Assembly (NCBI GenBank): GCA_947586655.1
Contig: CANPXR010000002.1
Location: forward strand, 1 to 35,595
Reading direction: 5' to 3'
From: an uncultured Bacilli bacterium
GTDB lineage: Bacteria; Bacillota_I; Bacilli_A; RF39; UBA660
DNA length: 35,595 nucleotides
The notes beneath the pieces were generated by a model. It did no database searches and was not told where the DNA came from. It worked only from the letters and a program-made list of their open reading frames with translations. Shown here piece by piece: positions 26,963 to 34,170 of the stretch. The position numbers and the translations under genes were made by a program. Each line of letters begins with the position of its first letter. Position 1 is the first letter of the stretch.

Positions 26963-27424
26963 TTACCTAAAATTCTTACACTTTCTAACAACAAATCTTT
27001 CTATTCTTAAATTGTTATGTCTTGCTGTTCTTTCGTATTCACATGATTCCTCTAAATCACTATACTTTAAATCTGATTCATTTTGATATACGTCTTGTAT
27101 TTGATAACCTTCCGTAATAAAAGGATAATCAAATATCATCTTTTTTGATATATCTCCCATCTTCTCACAGTCCAATGGTCCCCTAGAACATTCCCAACAT
27201 AAGCAATCTTCAGGAAGGTGTAAAACGGTTTTTTCATAATGTCTTATCGCTGCCGACCTAACGCCTGACTTACTAATGTCCTTTGGAGTTTGTATTGATT
27301 CATGTTTTGTTGTTACTTCGCCATCTTTCAACATGGTAACAACTATTGGAAACGTATTCATAACTGATTCATTATTAGTTTTTTTACCCATATCTTTTGT
27401 GTTAAATGCATCTTGTACCTTCAT
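26963..27424 (-). CDS. Hypothetical Cys-rich protein, no recognisable family
   Basis: Long ORF with an AAGGAG SD ~10 nt upstream of the ATG at 27424. Contains PEDCLCWECSRGPLDCEKM and a further ..CEYE...RKCKNFR. It has its own terminator. Confidence 0.4.
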   Translation of the reverse strand: MKVQDAFNTKDMGKKTNNESVMNTFPIVVTMLKDGEVTTKHESIQTPKDISKSGVRSAAIRHYEKTVLHLPEDCLCWECSRGPLDCEKMGDISKKMIFDYPFITEGYQIQDVYQNESDLKYSDLEESCEYERTARHNNLRIERFVVRKCKNFR

Positions 27425-27796
27425 TTTTTTCATACTCCTTAAAAATGTTTTTTATTTATTATATCATTATTATAAAAAAACTCAATATCTAAAATACACA
27501 TAATTTTACTTAAAATTCAGTTAAAAATATGATAAATTTTCTTACGTATGTGAAAAATAGTTCTTCTCATATTAAATTTTGCTTGTAATACTTGATACGT
27601 TAGCATCATTAGAAACTCTAGTTTTTCCTACCAAATTATCAGTTATTTTATTGATAATTACTTTTATAATTAAATTAGTTTATAAAAGGAGGCAGGGTAA
27701 TATTAGTAATAACAAAGATAGGGAAAGCTACGTTTCTGTTTGTAGGCAAATCTAGTTATTTTTTCTAATGAAAGTATTAAGTTTTACATAGACGTA

Positions 27797-27826
27797 GCAG
27801 AGGTTCAAATCCTCTTACCTACACCA
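27797..27826 (+). other. tRNA-like 3' fragment (T-arm + 3' acceptor strand + CCA); degenerate tRNA or att-site remnant
   Basis: AGAGG-TTCAAAT-CCTCT is a canonical T-stem/T-loop, followed by TACCTAC-A-CCA. A possible 5' acceptor strand (GTAGGCA, 27742) pairs at 6 of 7 positions, but the 50 nt between them give no D-arm or anticodon arm. A hairpin at 27839-27861 follows. Confidence 0.4.
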
Positions 27827-28333
27827 GATAGATACTAAACTCGGACTTTTATAGTTCGAGTCTTAAAATGTTTGAATTTATGATATTATTTTTATAGGTT
27901 GAATTGATATATTTGTTAATTAAGAAAACACACTTGCATATTATCAATAACAATATGCTATGTAGAGAGAAATATTATGTTGTTAAAAAATTGTATTTAT
28001 TTTATCATAATAATGGTTAGTTTACTTTCAATACTAATATTAATTTATTCAATAAAAAACAAATTAATCCAAATTATTACAACATTAGCTTTGATGGAGG
28101 TTTTTATATAAACAATAATTAAAGGTATAATTTGGTTATATTATTGTTATATTTTAAAAATGTTGTCATACTCCTTCCTTTAGGGCACCAGTCAGGTTTT
28201 TCCTGATTTTTTCTGTGTCATAACTTTAATGCATTATATTTATTAATTTAAACAATTACATCTTCTAGATATTTCAAGATAGTCACTAGATCAAAGTTAG
28301 TGATTATTTAAAAGTTGATTTTTTATATTATGT

Positions 28334-29512
28334 ATGATAACATATACTTCCGTAAAGGAGAATATAAGTAAGATGACTCAAATAAATCAGAAAATTGTTG
28401 ATATGATTATGCAGAAAAAAACAATTGAAGAAATATCACAGGAATTAAATTTAAGTTATAAGCAAATCTTTAATAGAGTTTCTTTTTTAGAAAATTATGG
28501 ATATGTTGTAAAAAGGAAGTATAATACTAATGGTATTATATCTTATACACTAGGTAATGATAACTGTTATCATTTGGATAATTTATTTGAATTACAAAAT
28601 AATAATAATACTTTTAAAATAATAGTAATTTCAGATTTACACCTGGGAAATATAATAAGTGATGAAGAAGCACTAAATACAATTTTTGACTATTGCAGTA
28701 AAAATTCAATTCACGTAATTATAAACTGTGGAGACATAATAGATGGGGTTTTTTCTAGCACACAGTGTATTATACCTCCAGAAGAACAAGTAGAATACTT
28801 GATAAAAAGGTATCCTTTTGATAAAAATATTTTTACTTTGTATACTCTTGGTGATCATGATAATTCATTATATACAAGTAAAAAAATTTCTCTTACTTAT
28901 GCATTAAAAAGAAGAAGGCATGACATATGCTCTATTTCTCCTTATGCTACGCCAACGCAAAACTACGTTATAAAGTTAAATAATAATCATATTATGGTTT
29001 CTCATCAAGCATCGATTTTTGAAGAAAATAACCTACAAAACATAAAATTACATTTAGTAGGACATAATCACACCTCTAAAACATTATTAGAAATTAATAA
29101 TTCAAGAAATACGACGCCAAGAATATATGTACCACCGCTTTGCAAAGCAAGTAATAGTGGGCAAATAAATACACCAAGGGCTTTAGAACTTACTATATAC
29201 ACGGACGAAAAATTTAATTTTAAGCATATTTCAAAAAAAGACTTGATTATTTTAGAAAATATGGTTTTAAATACAGGAGAAACAATAATAAATTATAGCA
29301 AAAATGAATTAAATCCTTTCGATTTAGATAATAGGAAGCACTACGTTGATGATAAAGTAAATCCTAAAAATATGTCAGAAAAAAAAGAAATTGGTGATCT
29401 AAATGATGAACAAAGGCAAAAATTAAAAGATTTCTTTAAAGGTAGCGAAAGCTCTAAAAAATTAGAGAGCATGATAAAAAAAGCAAGGAAAGGAAAACAT
29501 AAATGGCAATAA
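28334..29512 (+). CDS. Winged-HTH + calcineurin-like metallophosphoesterase fusion with Lys-rich C-terminal tail
   Basis: N-terminal ..IVDMIMQKKTIEEISQELNLSYKQIFNRVSFLENYGYVVKR (wHTH). MPE motifs are intact: ISDLHLGN, CGDIIDG, LGDHDN, VGHNHT. The true start may be the internal MTQINQK. Confidence 0.7.
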   Translation: MITYTSVKENISKMTQINQKIVDMIMQKKTIEEISQELNLSYKQIFNRVSFLENYGYVVKRKYNTNGIISYTLGNDNCYHLDNLFELQNNNNTFKIIVISDLHLGNIISDEEALNTIFDYCSKNSIHVIINCGDIIDGVFSSTQCIIPPEEQVEYLIKRYPFDKNIFTLYTLGDHDNSLYTSKKISLTYALKRRRHDICSISPYATPTQNYVIKLNNNHIMVSHQASIFEENNLQNIKLHLVGHNHTSKTLLEINNSRNTTPRIYVPPLCKASNSGQINTPRALELTIYTDEKFNFKHISKKDLIILENMVLNTGETIINYSKNELNPFDLDNRKHYVDDKVNPKNMSEKKEIGDLNDEQRQKLKDFFKGSESSKKLESMIKKARKGKHKWQ

Positions 29513-29552
29513 AAAAAGCAAATCACTCCAATTTGAAGTGGTTTGTTTTTTT
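29512..29552. terminator. Bidirectional terminator between convergent genes
   Basis: AAAAAAAG-CAAATCAC-tccaatttgaa-GTGGTTTG-TTTTTTTAT: an 8-bp stem with one G.U, with an A-run on one side and a T-run on the other. Confidence 0.7.
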
Positions 29553-30666
29553 ATATTACTATAGCTATCATGTTATTAGAACCTTTATTAACAACCTTAG
29601 TTAAGGTGGTTTGCAGTTTATGCCTTATATTGTCTGGCATAAGTGATAATTTACCCCTTATACCTTCTTGTACGATTACGTCTAGACTTCTTCCAAACAT
29701 CTCACTTTTCCATACGCTATCCGGGTCCGTATCATAATTTTTCATCAAATTATCGATAAGTTCCTTACTTTGTGTTTCAGAACCAATAATAGGTTCAAAC
29801 GTTGACTCAACGTCTACTCTTATCATATGAATAGAAGGGGCGACAGCCTTTAATTTAACACCATACCTCGTTCCTTGTTTTATTATCTCTGGAGTATCTA
29901 ATTTCATGTCTTTAATGGTTGGAAATGAAGTCCCATATCCTGTTTGTTTTACCATTTTTAAGGCTTCCTTAAACTGTCCATACTCTTCTTTGGTTTCGTT
30001 AAATTCTTGGAATAAGGAAATTAGTTTTGCTTTAGAATCTATATTAGTTCCAATTATTTCATTTAATACATCATTATACAATCCATCTGGAGCTTCTAAG
30101 TTAATTGTTATTTCTCCAGTTGCGGTATTAACCTCAGATAAATAAGCCTTCGATATGTGTTCTGTTCCTTGGAAATGTCCAATTATGGTGTCAACGTCCC
30201 TTACTTTATCCACGTCAATAACGCTTTCTTTTATCTTCTCAACATATTCCTTTTTTAAATAATGTTTATGAGATAAACAAGCTATCCAATCTGGCATTTT
30301 AACGTTTACGCTTAAAACTGGGAACTCAAATAATGCTTCTTTTAATATGTTATATATTTCTTTTTCACTCATTGCCTCGACACTAACTGGTATTACCGGA
30401 ACATTGTGTTCGGTTCTTAAACTCTCTGCTAATTTTTCCGTATCAGGATGATTAGGATGAACAGAGTTTAAAACAACTATAAATGGTTTACCTATTTCCT
30501 TTAATTCACTTATTACCTGATTTTCAGCTTGAACGTAGTCTTTTCTTTCAATTTCTCCAATACTACCATCGGTAGTAACCACAATACCAATCGTAGAATG
30601 ATCCCTAATTACCTTTTCAGTTCCTATTTCCGCTGCTTCAACAAAAGGAATTTCCTCATCATACCA
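29551..30666 (-). pseudogene. spoIVA: spoIVA 3' segment only (about codons 122-492): gene split by an inserted element
   Basis: The frame reads WYDEEIPFVEAAEIGTEKVIRDHSTIGIVVTTDGSIGEIERKDY...KLKAVAPSIHMIRVDVES...VVNKGSNNMIAIVI*, colinear with SpoIVA from the TPWY(E/D)E motif to the C-terminus. Upstream of the Trp codon the frame is unrelated (..KNRSY) and hits a stop 27 codons up. No Walker A segment (GxxRTGKST) occurs anywhere in the window. The track's GTG 'start' at 30582 is an internal Val. Confidence 0.9.
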
Positions 30667-30672
30667 GTATGA
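30659..30672. repeat. Putative hybrid attachment site (attL/attR) of the serine recombinase
   Basis: TCATAC-CA-GTATGA: perfect 6-bp inverted arms around a non-palindromic central dinucleotide. The centre (30665-30666) falls in the Trp codon, where SpoIVA homology ends. Confidence 0.6.
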
Positions 30673-30698
30673 CCTGTTTTTGTGATACCTAATTTTAT

Positions 30699-30721
30699 TT
30701 TTAAAAATTGCTTGGAAGCAA
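30699..30721 (-). terminator. Terminator after the recombinase gene, before the att junction
   Basis: Minus strand reads TTGCTTCCAAGCAA + TTTTTAAAAATAAAATT. The stem is short. Confidence 0.45.
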
Positions 30722-30734
30722 CTCGTATTTTTAC

Positions 30735-32321
30735 CTATATTAATACTTCACTTTTTTTAATTCTATAATGAATTTCTAGTTTTTTATCTTTCGTTACATA
30801 TATTTTATCTATTAATCTATTCATGATTTCTCTTGTTGGATTTTTCATATCTAGAAAACTTTTAATAATATCTAAATATTCTACATAACAAGAAGAATCA
30901 TCATTAATACTAGATATTTCATTTTGTAATTGTTCTAGTTTATCTTTTGCAGTTTTAATATCTTCTTCAGTAGCATTAAATAATCTTTGATAAGTTTCTA
31001 CACTTATAACATTATTAAATTTATCATCATATAAAGAGTCTTGTTTTCTTTTTAAATCATTTATTGTATGATTTAATTCTTCTATCTTTTTTAGTTTATC
31101 TGCTTTTGGATCAACATATTGGCTTTTAATAATATTTTCAAATTCTTCTTTATCATTAATATATTGATTAGCCATAGTACTTAACTTGTCATAGACTGTG
31201 TTTTCTAGTTTTGTATAGTTAATATAGTGAGAAAAGCATATATCATACTTACTAAACTTACGATAGTTATTACAATTCATTGTGACTCTATCTCTTTTCT
31301 TATCATAACTAATACTCATTCTAGCACCACAATCTTTACAAAATACTAAATCAGATAAAACATAATCAACATTTCTTCGTTCAGGATTATAATTATTTGA
31401 TGAATCTTTAATAGATTGTGCGATTTCAAATGTTTTCCTATCTACAAGTGGTTCGTGTGCATTTTCTTTAATACACCATTCACTTTCAGGAACACTTTTT
31501 CTTTTCTTAATCTTATAATTCACTTTTTGAAATCTGTGTTGAATTAAATCTCCAATATAAACTCTATTTTTGATGATATTACTGACAGATGTGTGTTTCC
31601 ATATTTCAGGATGGTCAAATCTATTTAATTTTGAATCAGAGTATTTATACATAACTGGTGTAGGTAATTCTTCTCTTGTTAGTATTTCAGCAATTTGTGA
31701 GCTACCATAACCTGCAACATATAAATCAAAAATTCTTTTTACTACAGGAGCAGTTTCTGGATCAGGTACTAGTTTGTGTTTGTCTAAAGGATCTCTCATA
31801 TAACCATAAGGTGCAGAACTTCCACAAAACTTTCCATCTTTTTTCATTTGAAGTAAGTTTGAACGAACTTTTTTAGAAATATCTTTTGCATACATATCAT
31901 TCATACTTAATCTAAATGGCATCATATCAGAGCCACTTGTTTCAAAAAAAGTATCTATATCATCGTTTACGGCAACATATCTAACATCGTTTTCTGGGAA
32001 AAATGTTTCAACATAATAACCAGTCATTATATGGTCACGACCTAATCTTGATAAATCTTTAGTAATAACCATGTTTATTTTTCCATTTTCAATGTCATTT
32101 AACATTCTCTTAAACTCTGGGCGTTCAAAATTTGTTCCTGTATAACCATCATCTACATAAATATCAACTGCAACTAATCCTTGTGCTTTTAAATAACCAA
32201 TTAATAAACTTCTTTGATTAGTGACACTTTCTGATTCCATATCATCACCATCTTCACGAGATAGTCTTATATAAATGGCTATTTTAAAAATCGTATTGTC
32301 TATTGCATACCTACTATACAT
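30735..32321 (-). CDS. Large serine recombinase (SpoIVCA/SprA/TnpX class)
   Basis: 528 aa. The resolvase catalytic domain has IAIYIRLSREDGD..SESVTNQR and VITKDLSRLGRD. There is a recombinase domain, a zinc ribbon (CKDCGARMS...NCNNYRK....CFSH) and a C-terminal coiled coil (KLKKIEELNHTINDLKRKQDSL). The SD GAAAGGAG lies inside the end of the upstream small ORF. Confidence 0.92.
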   Translation of the reverse strand: MYSRYAIDNTIFKIAIYIRLSREDGDDMESESVTNQRSLLIGYLKAQGLVAVDIYVDDGYTGTNFERPEFKRMLNDIENGKINMVITKDLSRLGRDHIMTGYYVETFFPENDVRYVAVNDDIDTFFETSGSDMMPFRLSMNDMYAKDISKKVRSNLLQMKKDGKFCGSSAPYGYMRDPLDKHKLVPDPETAPVVKRIFDLYVAGYGSSQIAEILTREELPTPVMYKYSDSKLNRFDHPEIWKHTSVSNIIKNRVYIGDLIQHRFQKVNYKIKKRKSVPESEWCIKENAHEPLVDRKTFEIAQSIKDSSNNYNPERRNVDYVLSDLVFCKDCGARMSISYDKKRDRVTMNCNNYRKFSKYDICFSHYINYTKLENTVYDKLSTMANQYINDKEEFENIIKSQYVDPKADKLKKIEELNHTINDLKRKQDSLYDDKFNNVISVETYQRLFNATEEDIKTAKDKLEQLQNEISSINDDSSCYVEYLDIIKSFLDMKNPTREIMNRLIDKIYVTKDKKLEIHYRIKKSEVLI

Positions 32322-32324
32322 TTT

Positions 32325-32507
32325 TTATCTCCTTTCAGTAGACAACACATTCACTTTATTAGTTGAATTAATTATACTATTTTTTGCGTTCGATTTAAAT
32401 ACTTTTGATGAATTTTTATAAGCCATATAATATTTATATATACAACTTTTTAAGACTTCTTTTAAATCACAACCATTACTATCATAAAATTCTAGTGTTT
32501 CATACAT
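32325..32507 (-). CDS. 60-aa protein translationally linked to the recombinase; candidate accessory/directionality factor
   Basis: GGAGGA SD 7 nt upstream of the ATG. Its stop codon lies 1 nt before the recombinase ATG, and its last codons (GAA AGG AGA TAA) form the recombinase SD. No family recognised. Confidence 0.4.
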   Translation of the reverse strand: MYETLEFYDSNGCDLKEVLKSCIYKYYMAYKNSSKVFKSNAKNSIINSTNKVNVLSTERR

Positions 32508-32582
32508 GATTATTCCTCCACAATGAATTTTATGTGTAATAGTTTATAAAAATTACTATTCTTCATAAATTATCACACCTTT

Positions 32583-33002
32583 CTATTGATATTCTTTTAG
32601 CATATCTTCCATTTCTTTAAGTTCTTCTTCAGTGGGTGGAATTGCTTCACATCTTTTTCCATCCCAAACTTCAACACCGTCTGAATCAAGTCTTATATGA
32701 GGACCTTTTCTTCCGTTCATCATTTCATCTTTATTGTCTGATATATCAGTCACAGTAATAAAACTTTGTATTCTTTCATTTGTAATATAAGAATTAAGAT
32801 AACCTTTAACAAAAACTCTTGTTCCTTTAACAAAAAAATCTTTATATATTTCATAAAGATTTCGGTTAATATTAAAACTAGCATAAACTTTCCTTTTATC
32901 ATATTTAAGAGTGGTTAAACCAAACTTAATATAATCTTTATTATTATCTGTCACATTATTAATAGTTCCAGATATTATAATTTCGTTTAAATCAATTTCC
33001 AT
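32583..33002 (-). CDS. OB-fold single-stranded-DNA-binding-like protein with acidic C-terminal tail
   Basis: 139 aa. LNEIIISGTINNV...KFGLTT....KVYASFNI.R.LYEIYKDFFVKGTRVFVKGYL has the pattern of SSB beta-strands. The tail reads PTEEELKEMEDMLKEYQ, and there is no canonical DDDIPF. Confidence 0.4.
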   Translation of the reverse strand: MEIDLNEIIISGTINNVTDNNKDYIKFGLTTLKYDKRKVYASFNINRNLYEIYKDFFVKGTRVFVKGYLNSYITNERIQSFITVTDISDNKDEMMNGRKGPHIRLDSDGVEVWDGKRCEAIPPTEEELKEMEDMLKEYQ

Positions 33003-33152
33003 TTTTATAACTTCCTTTCTTTTTAATCTTTTTAAAGATTTAAATTATTAAAATAATTTTAAATTTATATTATCTATTAATATTATTTATTATATTATTT
33101 ATTCTGTTAGAAGATACTTGCTATACTCACTAGCAGTATCTTGCTATTACAT

Positions 33153-33434
33153 CTAGCAGAAATCTGCTAAATAGATTCTTCTTATATTAGGTTCATTTTC
33201 AACTCTAATATATTTTTTTGTTCTTAATGATGTTATGCAACTAGTAATCGTTCTTTTAGATACTTTTAAAAGATTACTTAAATACTTATTACTTGCATAA
33301 CAAAATCCCTCTTGCATAGATAGGGTATTAATTAAACCCATTAATAGTTTAGTAGTAGAAGATAGTTCTTCATCTAATAAAACTATTGTAGGCACCTCTA
33401 TATGCTTTAATTTAGTAATATCGCTATTATTCAT
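33153..33434 (-). CDS. Small winged-HTH protein (phage/plasmid regulator or replication-organiser-like)
   Basis: ..FCYASNKYLSNLLKVSKRTITSCITSLRTKKYIRV... I set the start at MNNSDI (GGAAAGGAG 9 nt upstream), because the track's TTG start overlaps a terminator T-run. Paralog-like to 33722-33988. Confidence 0.5.
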   Translation of the reverse strand: MNNSDITKLKHIEVPTIVLLDEELSSTTKLLMGLINTLSMQEGFCYASNKYLSNLLKVSKRTITSCITSLRTKKYIRVENEPNIRRIYLADFC

Positions 33435-33465
33435 ATTATCAATCTCCTTTCCTTTAAATTTAGGC

Positions 33466-33497
33466 AATAAAAAAACTTGTAAACACTACTTACAAGT
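33466..33497 (-). terminator. Rho-independent terminator/attenuator inside the leftward operon
   Basis: Minus strand reads ACTTGTAA-GTAGTGT-TTACAAGT + TTTTTTATTG, sitting immediately upstream of the SD of 33153-33434. Confidence 0.6.
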
Positions 33498-33554
33498 CAT
33501 ACTAATAATGACAATAAAATCCCTGTGTGAGATAAATCTCACTAAATAGGTTGC

Positions 33555-33631
33555 TTGAAGTAAAACATACATAACATATTTCAATCCCTTTTATTCTTTT
33601 ATTTCGTTCTTTGAAATATGTTTTACTTCAA
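33555..33631. repeat. Long interrupted inverted repeat (12 + 9 bp arms, 9-nt bulge, 26-nt loop)
   Basis: TTGAAGTAAAAC[ATACATAAC]ATATTTCAA - 26 nt - TTGAAATATGTTTTACTTCAA. A second perfect palindrome, GTGAGAT-AA-ATCTCAC, lies nearby at ~33524-33539. Confidence 0.7.
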
Positions 33632-33721
33632 ACTAGTTCATCTTATATTTCTATAAGATAGGTTCTAATATAAATCTACGAACATTTACTGAACCTTTAT
33701 TTGTTAGTGATTTAATCTTTT

Positions 33722-33988
33722 CTAACAAATCTCGTATGTGTATAATCCTCGGTCGTATTCATTGAACCTTATATATTTGTTATCTTCTAATATTTTTAGG
33801 TTCTTCTTGAATCCAACATTTGTTATACTCAATTTCTTTTGAACTCTCCCGATACTTATACTTGTGAATTCACATCTTTGGGATTGTTCCGCACAGAGTA
33901 TTTTGTATATCAGCTTCGTTTCAAACTTGATATTTTTATCTCTCCATACTCTTGGATCAATTAATTCTAGTTGTTTTTTTAATCTCAT
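33722..33988 (-). CDS. Small winged-HTH protein, first gene of the leftward operon
   Basis: 88 aa with ..FTSISIGRVQKKLSITNVGFKKNLKILEDNKYIRF.., the same layout as 33153-33434 (..KYIR..). AAGGAGG SD upstream. Confidence 0.45.
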   Translation of the reverse strand: MRLKKQLELIDPRVWRDKNIKFETKLIYKILCAEQSQRCEFTSISIGRVQKKLSITNVGFKKNLKILEDNKYIRFNEYDRGLYTYEIC

Positions 33989-34018
33989 ACATTTGATTTC
34001 CTCCTTTCTTTTTCTATG

Positions 34019-34149
34019 TTACCCATTTAATTTAAAAGTGGGTTCATTTGGAAACATATTTAATATATCATGCTAATTACTATATTGTCAACACTTTTTT
34101 ACCCATTTATTGAAATTATGTTGACTTTTTTACCCACTGGGTGTATTAT
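34019..34149. promoter_or_regulatory. Divergent promoter/operator region (lysogeny-switch-like)
   Basis: Rightward promoter: TTGACT (34121) - 17 nt - TATTAT (34144), then GAGGTGA SD and the ATG at 34171. Leftward promoter: TTGACA (34091-34086) - 18 nt - TATATT. The repeated ACCCA/TGGGT motif occurs as TTACCCATTTAA (34019), AAGTGGGT (34036-43), TTACCCATTTAT (34099) and the palindrome ACCCA-C-TGGGT (34132-34142), which lies inside the rightward promoter spacer. Confidence 0.65.
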
Positions 34150-34170
34150 TATGGTGTGAGGTGAATTTCT

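Noticed and set aside
27742-27826. Complete 85-nt class II tRNA (or tRNA-Sec-like) gene.
   Set aside because: Only the T-arm, acceptor 3' strand and CCA are convincing. There is no D-stem, no GG in a D-loop, no 7-nt anticodon loop, and a C.A mismatch in the acceptor stem. I report it only as a tRNA-like 3' fragment.
27977-28111. 44-aa hydrophobic peptide ORF (MLLKNCIYFIIIMVSLLSILILIYSIKNKLIQ...) as a possible type I toxin or small membrane protein.
   Set aside because: It has only a weak purine-rich SD (AGAGAGA) and no recognisable antisense RNA or promoter. Hydrophobic short ORFs arise by chance in AT-rich DNA, so I cannot support it from sequence alone.
29551-30582. Track ORF presented as a 343-aa protein starting with 'M'.
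   Set aside because: The 'start' is an internal GTG (Val in ..STIGIVVTTDGS..). SpoIVA homology continues 28 codons further upstream, to 30666. It is therefore a fragment of a split gene, not an intact short CDS.
32508-32600. A sporulation-type (sigmaE/sigmaK) promoter upstream of the 60-aa ORF and recombinase. CATAAAAT resembles the sigmaE -10 consensus CATACA-T.
   Set aside because: There is no acceptable -35 element at the right spacing, and such A/T-rich near-matches are expected by chance. I do not claim it, but it is worth testing experimentally.
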